Assembly: GCA_964579825.1 (NCBI GenBank)
Contig: CAZOHT010000007.1
Span: 3,540-67,539 of the forward strand
Direction of reading: 5' to 3'
DNA length: 64,000 bases
Origin: an uncultured Anaerolineaceae bacterium
GTDB taxonomy: Bacteria > Chloroflexota > Limnocylindria > Limnocylindrales > CSP1-4
The notes under the pieces were generated by a model that was not told where the DNA came from, ran no database searches, and saw only the letters and a list, made by a program, of their open reading frames with translations. Made by a program: the position numbers and the translations under genes. Of the stretch, positions 1 through 8,262 are shown in pieces. How positions within the stretch are numbered: the stretch's first letter is position 1; every line of letters begins with the position of its first letter.

Positions 1-394
1 TCTGGGTGAAGACGCGCCGGAACACGGCCAGCCGCGCCTCATCACTCCCCTCGGCCGCGGCCGGGTCCTCGTATCCCCAGTGCAGCCGCGCTCCCTCGCC
101 CGGAAAGACCGGGCACGACTGACGGGCCTGGTCGCACACGGTGATGACGTAGTCGAAGGACTGGCCGGCGAACTCGTCGACCGACTTCGAGCGTGCGAAC
201 GACCCGTCGATCCCGGCCTCGGCGAGGACGTGCAGTGTGAGCGGGTTCACGCCGCGTGGCTCGGTGCCGGCGCTGTGGACCTCGAAGGCCGCGCCACCGT
301 GCGTCCGCAGGAGCGCCTCGGCCATGACGCTGCGAGCCGAATTGCCGGTGCAGACCACCAGGACCCGGATGGGCGGGTCCTCACCGGCCGTCAC
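1..394 (-). CDS. arsC: arsenate reductase, thioredoxin-coupled LMW-PTP type (3' end runs off the window)
   Basis: Minus-strand translation from GTG at 394 reads VTAGEDPPIRVLVVCTGNSARSVMAEALL...VITVCDQARQSCPVFPG... It has the CTGNSxRS P-loop and the C-x6-C pair typical of Trx-type ArsC. It is absent from the ORF track because no stop lies inside the window. Confidence 0.75.
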   Translation of the reverse strand, partial: MTAGEDPPIRVLVVCTGNSARSVMAEALLRTHGGAAFEVHSAGTEPRGVNPLTLHVLAEAGIDGSFARSKSVDEFAGQSFDYVITVCDQARQSCPVFPGEGARLHWGYEDPAAAEGSDEARLAVFRRVFTQ

Positions 395-444
395 GCGCTC
401 GGGTCCACCGCCGGCCGCCGCGCGCTGGGCAGCGCCACCGGCCG

Positions 445-1206
445 TCACGGGTTCAGGTCCTCCACGTCGCCGGTCACCAGGTAGACGATATCCTCGGAGA
501 TGTTCGTGGCACGGTCGCCGATCCGTTCCAGGTAGTGCGATGCGATGACGATCCGCGTCCCGCGCTCCACGTTGGCCGGGTCCGCGCGCATCAGTTCGAT
601 CGCGGTGTCGAACGTCGCGTGGTAGAGCCGGTCGATCTCGTCGTCCTCGACGGCGACCTCTCGAGCGCGGATCGCGTCCGCTTCCACCAACGCGCGCAGG
701 ACGCCGTGAACCAGGACGGCCGCCCGTTCGGCCATCTCGGGCAGGTGGACGTAGCCCTCGAGCGGCGGCTCCGGGGCGAGCTTGAGGACCTGCTTGGCGA
801 CCGAGGCCGCGTGGTCGCCCATCCGCTCCAGTTCGTACGTCACGTGGTCCAGCGTGAGCAGGTAGCGCAGATCGCGCGCGACCGGCCCCTGCGTCGCGAT
901 CGCGACCGAGATGAGGCGGGAGACGGCGCGTTGCGCGTCGTTGATGGCCGTGTCGCCCGTGATGACGTCGAGGGCGAGGGCGGCGTCGTGGGCCTCGAGC
1001 GACCGGCTTGCCGCCCGGATGGCCGCCTCCACGAGCGTCCCCATCCGCAGGACGGCGTCGCGGATGACCGCCTCCTGGGCATCGAGCGCCTCGCGGGAGG
1101 CCTGATTGGCGTGCGGTGGGCCAGCCGCATCGGCCGCGGCGTGCTCCACGATCGCGTCGACCTGGGTGCCGATCGTCGTGCCGGTGGACTGGCTGTCGTC
1201 CGTCAT
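445..1206 (-). CDS. phoU: phosphate transport system regulator PhoU
   Basis: 253-aa ORF with two PhoU repeats (..ERMGDHAASVAK.. and ..ERIGDRATNISEDIVY..). It sits directly downstream of pstB. Confidence 0.9.
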   Translation of the reverse strand: MTDDSQSTGTTIGTQVDAIVEHAAADAAGPPHANQASREALDAQEAVIRDAVLRMGTLVEAAIRAASRSLEAHDAALALDVITGDTAINDAQRAVSRLISVAIATQGPVARDLRYLLTLDHVTYELERMGDHAASVAKQVLKLAPEPPLEGYVHLPEMAERAAVLVHGVLRALVEADAIRAREVAVEDDEIDRLYHATFDTAIELMRADPANVERGTRIVIASHYLERIGDRATNISEDIVYLVTGDVEDLNP

Positions 1207-1219
1207 CGGGTCGTCTCCC

Positions 1220-2158
1220 TCAGCCGAACCGACCGGACACGTAGTCCTCGGTCAACTGGTGCTGCGGGTTGGTGAAGATCCCCACGGTGTCGCCCTGTTC
1301 CACCACGTAGCCCGCCCGGTCCTCGCCCATGGTCAGGAAGACCGTGGTGTCAGAGGCGCGCGCGGCCTGCTGCATGTTGTGGGTGACGATGAGGATCGTG
1401 TAGTCCCGTTTGAGCTCAGCCATCAGCTCCTCGATCTGGAGCGTGGAACGCGGGTCGAGTGCGGAGCACGGCTCGTCCATGAGGATGACCTCCGGCTCCA
1501 CCGCGATCGTCCGGGCGATGCACAGCCGCTGCTGCTGACCGCCGGACAGGGCCATGCCGGACTCCTTGAGCTTGTCCTTGACGTCGTCCCACAAGGCGGC
1601 ACGGCGCAGACTTCGCTCCACGAGCTCGTGGATGTCGCCCTTGTACCCGTTGATCCGCGGCCCGAAGGCGACGTTGTCGAAGATCGACTTCGGGAACGGG
1701 TTGGGCTTCTGGAAGACCATGCCGATCCGGCGCCGGACGGCGACCGGGTCCACGTTCCTGGCGAACAGGTCCTGGCCGTCGAGGGTGATGCGGCCCTCGC
1801 TGCGGAACGATGGGACGAGGTCGTTCATCCGGTTGAGCGTCCGCAGCACCGTCGTCTTGCCGCAGCCGGACGGACCGATCAGCGCCGTGATCCGCTGCCG
1901 CTCGATGCGGAGGTCCACGTCACGGACCGCCCGGAACGAGCCGTAGTAGAGCGAGACCCCGGCGAGCTCGATGACGGGTGGACCAGCCGAGTCGTCCGTG
2001 CCACCACCGTCGGGTGGGTCCGTCCGGGACACCGCTCTTGCGTCGATATGGATGGATGGGGTCGTGGGACCCGCGGCCGCCTCGTCCGGCGTGACTTCCA
2101 CCGGGGTGTCGAGCGTGGACCCGGCCTGGACGGCGGTCAAGGGCGTCTCCTCTACCAC
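1220..2158 (-). CDS. pstB: phosphate ABC transporter ATP-binding protein PstB
   Basis: Walker [10 protein letters not shown], signature [13 protein letters not shown] and Walker [15 protein letters not shown] at 2158 overlaps the pstA stop. An in-frame GTG at 2032 would give a more typical 270-aa protein, so the start is uncertain. The 630-aa track ORF is this gene plus out-of-frame read-through of pstA. Confidence 0.9.
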   Translation of the reverse strand: MVEETPLTAVQAGSTLDTPVEVTPDEAAAGPTTPSIHIDARAVSRTDPPDGGGTDDSAGPPVIELAGVSLYYGSFRAVRDVDLRIERQRITALIGPSGCGKTTVLRTLNRMNDLVPSFRSEGRITLDGQDLFARNVDPVAVRRRIGMVFQKPNPFPKSIFDNVAFGPRINGYKGDIHELVERSLRRAALWDDVKDKLKESGMALSGGQQQRLCIARTIAVEPEVILMDEPCSALDPRSTLQIEELMAELKRDYTILIVTHNMQQAARASDTTVFLTMGEDRAGYVVEQGDTVGIFTNPQHQLTEDYVSGRFG

Positions 2159-3075
2159 TGGATGTGCCTGGACAGCCTGGCCCGGACGAGCAGGGCGAGC
2201 AGGTTCAGGATGAAGATGAGGACCAGGACGACGATGATCGTCGCGGCCGCGAGGCCCTGGAAGTCCTCCTGGGGGCGCTGGGCCCAGTTGAAGATCTGGA
2301 TGGGCAGGACGCTGAAGCGGCCCTCGACCGGGTGTGGCGCGGTCAGGACGAACGTCGCCGCACCGACGACCACCAGCGGCGCAGCCTCCCCGATCGCGCG
2401 GGCCATCGCAAGGATGATCCCGGTCAGGATCCCGGGTGCGGCGGCCGGCAGGACCGAGCCTCGGACCATCTGCCAGCGACTGGCGCCCAGGGCGTAGGCC
2501 CCCTCGCGTTGGGCCTGCGGCACCGCACGCAGCGCCTCGATGCTGGCGATAATCACGAGGGGCAGGATCACGAGGGCGAGCGTCGCCGCACCCGACAACA
2601 AGACCGGTCCGAGGCCCAAGAGGCGCACGAAGATCGCCAGCCCGAAGATGCCGTAGATGATCGACGGCACCCCGGCGAGGTTGCTGATGTTCGTCTGCAT
2701 CAAGCGGGTGAAGCGGTTGTCCGGGGCGTATTCCGCGAGGTAGATGGCCGCGCCGATGCCCAGGGGAAAGGTCATGGCAGCCACCATGATGGCGAGCTCG
2801 ATCGAGCCGATGAGGGCCGGCCAGATGCCCGCGTTCTCCGGCCGCCGCGACGGGACCCCGGTCAGGAAGTCGACGCTGAGCCACGGCACGCCGGTGACCA
2901 GGACGTTCAGCAGGAGCGCGATCAGGGCCAGGATCAGGATCGCGATGGCGGTCAGACAGAGCCCGTAGAACAGGGTGCCCGTCAGCTTCCGCCGCATCAG
3001 CGCCGGCTCGAACCGGGGCGTGCTCGGCAGGCCGTGGGCGCTCGGAGCCGACGGGGACGCGGTCTGGCCGGTCAT
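2152..3075 (-). CDS. pstA: phosphate ABC transporter permease PstA
   Basis: 307-aa polytopic membrane ORF with the binding-protein-dependent permease loop ..[25 protein letters not shown].. It lies between pstC and pstB. Confidence 0.9.
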   Translation of the reverse strand: MTGQTASPSAPSAHGLPSTPRFEPALMRRKLTGTLFYGLCLTAIAILILALIALLLNVLVTGVPWLSVDFLTGVPSRRPENAGIWPALIGSIELAIMVAAMTFPLGIGAAIYLAEYAPDNRFTRLMQTNISNLAGVPSIIYGIFGLAIFVRLLGLGPVLLSGAATLALVILPLVIIASIEALRAVPQAQREGAYALGASRWQMVRGSVLPAAAPGILTGIILAMARAIGEAAPLVVVGAATFVLTAPHPVEGRFSVLPIQIFNWAQRPQEDFQGLAAATIIVVLVLIFILNLLALLVRARLSRHIQW

Positions 3076-3986
3076 CAGTAGGCCGTCCGGAACCGGCGCA
3101 CGAACCAGGCACTCACCAGGTTCAGGGCGAAGGTCATCAGGAACAGGACCATCGCGACCGCGAACAGCGACAGGAACTGGACGGAGCCCTGGGAGGTCTC
3201 GCCCTGGACGATCTGGACGATGAAGGCCGTCATCGTCTGGACGCTCTCGAGCGGGTTGAACGACAACTGCGGGAACGTGCCGACGGCGAGCACGACGGCC
3301 ATCGTCTCGCCCACCGCCCGGCTCATCGCCAGGATGACCGACGCCATGATCCCGGAGACGGCGGCCGGCAGGACCACCTTGCGCACGACCTCGAACCTGG
3401 TGGCGCCCATCGCGTAGGCGCCCTCACGCAGGCCGCGCGGCACGGCTCGCATCGCGTCCTCGGAGATCGACGCGATCAGTGGTGTGATGAGGATGCCGAC
3501 GACGATGCCGCCCGCGAGGGCGGAGAACGGTCCGATGGCGCTGCCGAAGATCGGCTTCAGGACCTCCGGCGAGAGGAAGTTGATGGCGAAGAAGCCGAGC
3601 ACGATCGTCGGGATCCCGGCGATCGTCTCCAGGACGGGCTTGACGATGCCACGGACCCGGTTCGAGGCGTACTCGGACAGGAGGATGGCGGACAGGAGGC
3701 CGAGCGGGACGCCGATCACCATCGCGATGGTGGCCACCAGCAGCGTGCCGCTGACCAGCGCCAGGACGCCGAACTGGTAGGGCTGGATGGATGCGGACCA
3801 GACGGTCCCCGTGAGGAACGCGATCGGGTTGACGATCTGGAAGAACTCGAAGGTCTGGTAGGCCAGGATGACGACGATCCCGATCGTGGTGACGACGCCG
3901 AGCGCGGCAGCCACGAACAGGAGCGATTCGATGATCCGTTCGGACCAGGGTCGTCGCCGGGTCAGCTGGATGGGGGCTGTGGCCAT
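3075..3986 (-). CDS. pstC: phosphate ABC transporter permease PstC
   Basis: 303-aa membrane ORF with the permease loop ..[25 protein letters not shown].. Its stop overlaps the pstA start. Confidence 0.9.
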   Translation of the reverse strand: MATAPIQLTRRRPWSERIIESLLFVAAALGVVTTIGIVVILAYQTFEFFQIVNPIAFLTGTVWSASIQPYQFGVLALVSGTLLVATIAMVIGVPLGLLSAILLSEYASNRVRGIVKPVLETIAGIPTIVLGFFAINFLSPEVLKPIFGSAIGPFSALAGGIVVGILITPLIASISEDAMRAVPRGLREGAYAMGATRFEVVRKVVLPAAVSGIMASVILAMSRAVGETMAVVLAVGTFPQLSFNPLESVQTMTAFIVQIVQGETSQGSVQFLSLFAVAMVLFLMTFALNLVSAWFVRRFRTAY

Positions 3987-4100
3987 CGGTCGTTGGATCC
4001 TCGGCTGTGGGCTCGTGCAGCCTATCGCACGGGTGGCAACGAGCGCGACGCCCCGGACCGTTCCGAGTCGGTCGGGGCGCCGCGTTCGAGGAGGAGAGGC

Positions 4101-5105
4101 TTACTTCGGGACCGCGGCCTCCCAGGCGGCGACTTGCTCCTGGGCCACGGTCTCGGGGACCGCGATATACCCGACTTCGGCGGCCAGAGTGGCCGCGTTG
4201 GCGAGGTAGAAGTCCACGAAGGCCGCCAGGGCGGGTTCGTTCGCGGCCGTCGCCGTGTTGGGATAGATGAACAGCGGGCGGCTCAACGGGGCGTAGCTGT
4301 TGTCACCGATCGTCTCGTCGGTCGGGGCGACGCAGCCGCTGCCGCCGTCGATCTCGACCGCCTTCAGCTTGTCCGCGTTCTCGACGTAGTACGCGTACCC
4401 GAAGTAGCTGATCGCGTTGACGTCACCAGCGACACCGGTGACCAGGACGTTGTCGTCCTCGGACTGGGTCGCGTAGGACGTCGACAGATCGACTTCCCCG
4501 TTGACCGCCTCGGTGAAGTAGTCGAACGTCCCCGAATCGGCACCGGGCATGTAGCGGATCACCGGCTGGTCGGGAAAGCTCGGGTCGACCGCCTTCCAGG
4601 ACAGGTCCTCAGGCGAGTCGGGGCCGTAGATGATCGCGAGCTGCTCGAGCGTCAGGCAGGTCACCCACGTGTTCTCGGGGTTGACGACGACGGTCAGGCC
4701 GTCGATGGCGACCTGGAGCTGGACGTACGTGACGCCATTCGTCTCGCAGGCCTTGCCCTCGGCGTCGTCGTCGGCCTTGATCGGGCGGGAGGCGTCGTTG
4801 ATGTCCGTCTCGCCGATGCAGAACTTCTTGAACCCGCCACCGGTGCCGGATTCGGCGACGCTCACGTCGACGCCGGGCTGGACCGCCGCGAATTCCTCCG
4901 CGACCGCCTCGGTCACGGGATAGACCGTGCTGGAGCCGTCGACGACGACGGTGCCTTCGACCGGCGTGACGGGACCCTCGGAGGGGACAGCCCCTGAGGC
5001 GCCGCTCGTCGGCGTGCTGCCGGCGCCTCCCCCGGAGCAGGCGGCCGCGGCGAAGCTGGCGACCAGGATGAGCGCCCCGAGGCGCTTCGGGTTCGAGATC
5101 GTCAC
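4101..5105 (-). CDS. pstS: phosphate-binding lipoprotein PstS
   Basis: 334 aa with a lipoprotein signal ..LILVASFAAAAC/SGGG and a periplasmic binding-protein body. A GGAGGA Shine-Dalgarno sits 6 nt before GTG 5105. It is the first gene of the pstSCAB-phoU run. Confidence 0.9.
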   Translation of the reverse strand: MTISNPKRLGALILVASFAAAACSGGGAGSTPTSGASGAVPSEGPVTPVEGTVVVDGSSTVYPVTEAVAEEFAAVQPGVDVSVAESGTGGGFKKFCIGETDINDASRPIKADDDAEGKACETNGVTYVQLQVAIDGLTVVVNPENTWVTCLTLEQLAIIYGPDSPEDLSWKAVDPSFPDQPVIRYMPGADSGTFDYFTEAVNGEVDLSTSYATQSEDDNVLVTGVAGDVNAISYFGYAYYVENADKLKAVEIDGGSGCVAPTDETIGDNSYAPLSRPLFIYPNTATAANEPALAAFVDFYLANAATLAAEVGYIAVPETVAQEQVAAWEAAVPK

Positions 5106-5191
5106 TCGTGATCCTCCAGGTGCCGCGCGTCCGATGCACGCAGCGGGTTCCGGGCGTGTGGTCCCGTCTTGACGGTCCCTACGGTCCGGGG

Positions 5192-5235
5192 AGGGCGTGA
5201 ACGGTCCGTGCGCCCGCGGTTAACGTCCGGTAAAC
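5192..5235 (-). promoter_or_regulatory. four contiguous 11-nt PHO-box-like direct repeat units upstream of pstS
   Basis: The minus strand reads GTTTACCGGAC GTTAACCGCGG GCGCACGGACC GTTCACGCCCT. This gives an 11-nt periodicity with a GTTCAC-like core, 87-130 nt upstream of the pstS start. It resembles actinomycete PhoP direct repeat units. Confidence 0.5.
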
Positions 5236-5243
5236 GCGGCGCC

Positions 5244-5597
5244 TCAGGAGGACGCGGCGGTCGGGCCGGTGCCGCGATAGGCGACGACCTCGACCTTCTC
5301 GAGTGTGATCAGCCCGTCGCCGACCATCGCATCGAGCTCGGGCAGGATCGCGCGGAGGCGGTCCTCGGCATCGACGACCTCGATGAGGATCGGCAGGTCC
5401 TCGGACAGGCGCAGCAGCCGGGTCGTGTGCAGTCGCGCATTCGCCCCGAAGCCTTCGATCCCACGGAAGACGGTCGCACCCGCGATGCCGCGTTCGCGCA
5501 GGAACGCGACGACCGCCTGGTAGAGCGGCTTGCCGTCACGGTGATCCGCCTCGCCGATGTAGATCCGGACCAGGAGGGCCTGGCCGTCGATGCGCAT
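5244..5597 (-). CDS. DUF190 domain protein (CrcB-associated)
   Basis: 117 aa from ATG 5597 (MRIDGQALLVRIYIGEADHRDGKPLY...FRGIEGFG...). ATGA overlap with the crcB stop. The N-terminal part of the 160-aa track ORF overlaps crcB and was dropped. Confidence 0.75.
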   Translation of the reverse strand: MRIDGQALLVRIYIGEADHRDGKPLYQAVVAFLRERGIAGATVFRGIEGFGANARLHTTRLLRLSEDLPILIEVVDAEDRLRAILPELDAMVGDGLITLEKVEVVAYRGTGPTAASS

Positions 5598-5968
5598 CAG
5601 ATCGCCCTCCCCAGGGTCAGCCCGGCCGCGACGGCGATCAGGCCCAGGATGATCGAGCCGCCCAGGTTCGCGAGGGCCGGCACGTACGAGCCGCCCTCGA
5701 CGAGGTTCCATGATTCGAGCATCCACGTCGAGAACGTGGTGTAGGCGCCGATGAAGCCGATCATGAGCGGCCCCCGGATGTCAGCCGGCAGGATGGCTCG
5801 TTCGGCGGTCAGGGCGAACAGCAGGCCGAGCACGAAGGAGCCGGTGACGTTGATGACGAGCGTGCCCCATGGGAACGCGCCACCCGTCCGGTCGATGACC
5901 GCGCCGTCGACGAGGTAGCGGGTGATCGCGCCCGCGAAGCCGCCAAGGCCGATGAGGAAGAGGGCCAT
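5597..5968 (-). CDS. crcB: fluoride ion channel CrcB/Fluc
   Basis: 123 aa from ATG 5968 with four TM helices and CrcB motifs ..GGFAGAITRY.. and ..GAYTTFSTW.. Confidence 0.85.
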   Translation of the reverse strand: MALFLIGLGGFAGAITRYLVDGAVIDRTGGAFPWGTLVINVTGSFVLGLLFALTAERAILPADIRGPLMIGFIGAYTTFSTWMLESWNLVEGGSYVPALANLGGSIILGLIAVAAGLTLGRAI

Positions 5969-6075
5969 GTCCGACCGAGGATAGCCCGCTCGGTCGACTG
6001 CGGCAGAGCCGGAGTGGCAGACTTGCGACGGCGCGTGTCGGATCCCTCCGGTCGTGCGCAGATCTGGAGGCAGCC

Positions 6076-6855
6076 ATGGGCAAGTCGAAGAAGCACCACG
6101 AACCATCCGGGGCCGCCGCAGCGTCGGCGAAGGCGGCCGATGTCGCCGCCGCCATCGCCAAGGAGCGCAAGCGTCTCCAGAAGAAGCTGGATGCGGCGCT
6201 GAAGAAGCAGTCGAAGCGGGTCGGCCAGCTGGCGGCTGCCGAGGCGTCGAACGGCAAGAAGCAGGTGGCCAAGCGGCGACGCCAGGTGGACGCGGCCGCG
6301 AAGCAGGTCGCCACCCTCACCGAGAAGCTGGCGGTGTTGGCGGGGTCGGCCGCCGGCTCGGCCAAGAGCGTTCCGGTGGCCGCCGCCAAGGCCGTGGGCG
6401 CGGCGACGGCTCGGGCGGCCGCGCCGGTCGCGAAGGCGGCCGGAACCGCGGCGAAGGCGGCAGGGAGTGCCGCCGGGAGTGCCGCGAAGGCCGCCGGTGC
6501 GGCCGCCGGTTCCGCGGCTCGAACGGTCACGAAACGAGCGGGCGGAGCCAAGGCGGCGGCACCCAAGCCCGCCGCGAAGGCCACGAAGCCGGCCGCGAAG
6601 CCCAAGCCGGCGGCCAAGCCTCGGACCACCACGACGCGGACGTCGGCATCGACGGCCACGTCGCGATCCGCCGGCTCCGCATCGTCCGCCAAGCCGGCGG
6701 CCAAGCCCCGGACCACCACGACACGGACGCCGCGGGCCACGACCGCCACGACCTCGCGATCGACGAAGGCACCCGCCAGGCCGTCGACGCGACGACCGGC
6801 CGCGACACCGAAGCCGAAGCCGACCGCCGACGCGGGACCTGACGGGGCCGCGTGA
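6076..6855 (+). CDS. Ala/Lys/Pro-rich basic low-complexity protein (histone H1/AlgP-like tail), function unknown
   Basis: GGAGG sits 5 nt upstream of ATG 6076. The N-terminal roughly 90 aa is charged and helical (..KERKRLQKKLDAALKKQSKRV..). It is followed by AAKA/KPAAKP repeats and a duplicated AKPAAKPRTTTTRT block. The stop overlaps the ppx GTG (GTGA). Confidence 0.6.
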   Translation: MGKSKKHHEPSGAAAASAKAADVAAAIAKERKRLQKKLDAALKKQSKRVGQLAAAEASNGKKQVAKRRRQVDAAAKQVATLTEKLAVLAGSAAGSAKSVPVAAAKAVGAATARAAAPVAKAAGTAAKAAGSAAGSAAKAAGAAAGSAARTVTKRAGGAKAAAPKPAAKATKPAAKPKPAAKPRTTTTRTSASTATSRSAGSASSAKPAAKPRTTTTRTPRATTATTSRSTKAPARPSTRRPAATPKPKPTADAGPDGAA

Positions 6856-7847
6856 CCGAGGATCGCTCACCGTCTCGAGCAGGCTTCGACCAGGCGTCCA
6901 TCGGCTCCTCGACGAACGTCTCGGCCGCGCTCGACCTCGGCTCCAATTCGGTCCATCTCCTGGTCGCCGGCGTGGCCGAGCATCGGCTGGAGTCGCTGGT
7001 CGATGAGTCGGTGTTCCTGGGTCTCGGGGTCGCCGTCGATGCGCGTGGCTATCTGGGCGCGGAGGCCCGGGCCAGACTGGTGGAGTCGCTCGTCCACTAC
7101 ACGGAGCTCGCGCGGGGGCTCGGTGCTCGCGCCATCACGTTCCTCGGCACGGAACCGATCCGCCGCGCCGCGGACGGCCCGACCATCGTCCACGAGGTCG
7201 AACGGGCGACCGGTGTCCCGATCCACGTGCTGTCGCACGAAGAGGAGGCGTTCCTGACGGTGGTCGGCGTGATGGCCGGCCGGGTGGTGGAGCGGGAGAC
7301 CCTCATCGTCGATGTGGGTGGCGGCAGCTCCGAGTTCTGCGTCATCGGGCCGACCGATCCGCCGCGCGCCTCCGGCCTCAAGTTGGGTTCGAATCGCCTC
7401 ACGACCCGGCTCGCGACCGGTGATCCGCCCACGCGGGTGGAGGTCGCCGCGATGACCGCCGAGGCCGAGACGATCCTGCGCGACGCCCCGCACACGACCC
7501 CTGCCGAGGTGGTCGCCGTCGGCGGGACCGCGTCCAACCTGCTCAAGGTGGTGCCTGGGGCCCAGATCGACCTCGTCCTGACCCGGGCCCGGATCGCCGA
7601 GGCGCTGGACATCCTGGCCAGCGAGACCGCGGAGGAGGCCGTCGTGCGCCACCTCGTGAAGCCGATCCGAGCCCGCTTGTTGCCGGCCGGCGCCGCGATC
7701 ATGGATGCCCTCCTGACGCGCTACGACGTCTCGCGGATCCGGGTCTCGGACGCTGGCATCCGCGAGGGCGCGATCCTGGTCGTGGACCACGTCGGTGGCT
7801 CGTGGCGCGATCGCCTGCCCGAGCTCGCCCACGGCTGGCGCGACTGA
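6852..7847 (+). CDS. ppx: exopolyphosphatase, Ppx/GppA family
   Basis: 331 aa with ASKHA-fold motifs ALDLGSNSVHLLVA and VDVGGGSSEF. Confidence 0.85.
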   Translation: MTEDRSPSRAGFDQASIGSSTNVSAALDLGSNSVHLLVAGVAEHRLESLVDESVFLGLGVAVDARGYLGAEARARLVESLVHYTELARGLGARAITFLGTEPIRRAADGPTIVHEVERATGVPIHVLSHEEEAFLTVVGVMAGRVVERETLIVDVGGGSSEFCVIGPTDPPRASGLKLGSNRLTTRLATGDPPTRVEVAAMTAEAETILRDAPHTTPAEVVAVGGTASNLLKVVPGAQIDLVLTRARIAEALDILASETAEEAVVRHLVKPIRARLLPAGAAIMDALLTRYDVSRIRVSDAGIREGAILVVDHVGGSWRDRLPELAHGWRD

Positions 7848-8262
7848 GGGCTGCGGCGGCGGCGCGCGGCCCTGGTGTCACCGACCCCGCCCCGACCTTC
7901 TCACCTAGCCATCACGCGGCTGCTATCCGACCCAACGGCCGGTGTGCGTCTCATCCAGCCAGTAGGCGACTCGTACGTGCCGCCGGACTCGGCCGCGGGC
8001 CGTCCGCCCTCCTCCCCAGCCACCACGCGGCTGGGACGCAGGCGATTCGGCCCGAACATGCCGATCGGACGGTGCCGGGCTCGACAACGACTCACTTGGC
8101 AGCCGGTACCAGGCTAGGTGTCAACCTCGGCGCTCAGCCCCTCAGCCCCTCAGCCGCGACCGCTCGGCCAGCGTCCCCGGCACCGTGCTCGATCTCGGGC
8201 CAACCACCTCCGCGTAGACCTGCCGCAAGGGCGGCGCGGCCCCAGAAGGGGAGTGACCCGCC

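Noticed and set aside
1220-3112. The 630-aa ORF, which could be read as one large gene.
   Set aside because: Only the C-terminal part, roughly 270-312 aa, is PstB. The N-terminal part is an out-of-frame overlap of the genuine pstA gene and is Arg/Pro/Gly-rich. The same logic was applied to the extended track ORFs at 8263-10503, 12507-13379, 13222-14760, 22383-23639, 22598-24718, 39823-41265, 41767-42909, 43298-44923, 45863-47071, 46417-48306 and 60262-61386.
5969-6075. A fluoride (crcB-motif) riboswitch, expected upstream of crcB.
   Set aside because: I read the minus-strand leader (..CCGGAGGGAUCCGACACGCGCCGUCGCAAGUCUGCCACUCCGGCUCUGCCGCAGUCGACCGAGCGGGCUAUCCUCGG..). It lacks the conserved GGCGAUGG...AAACNGC...CUGAUGA...CCUAC core, and only generic GC stems are present. 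A cmscan with RF01734 would settle it.
5781-6870. Long minus-strand ORFs (322 and 353 aa) opposite the Ala/Lys-rich gene, and many similar long ORFs elsewhere (for example 16628-18979, 41441-42631, 62605-63840, 8478-9431, 45866-47230).
   Set aside because: Their translations are dominated by Arg/Pro/Gly/Ala runs with no motifs. They overlap genes with clear family signatures on another frame or strand. These are typical open-frame artefacts of very GC-rich DNA.
7386-7395. The tRNA T-loop-like GGTTCGAATC sequence.
   Set aside because: It lies inside the ppx coding frame, and no acceptor stem or anticodon arm can be drawn around it. I saw no tRNA cloverleaf anywhere in the window.
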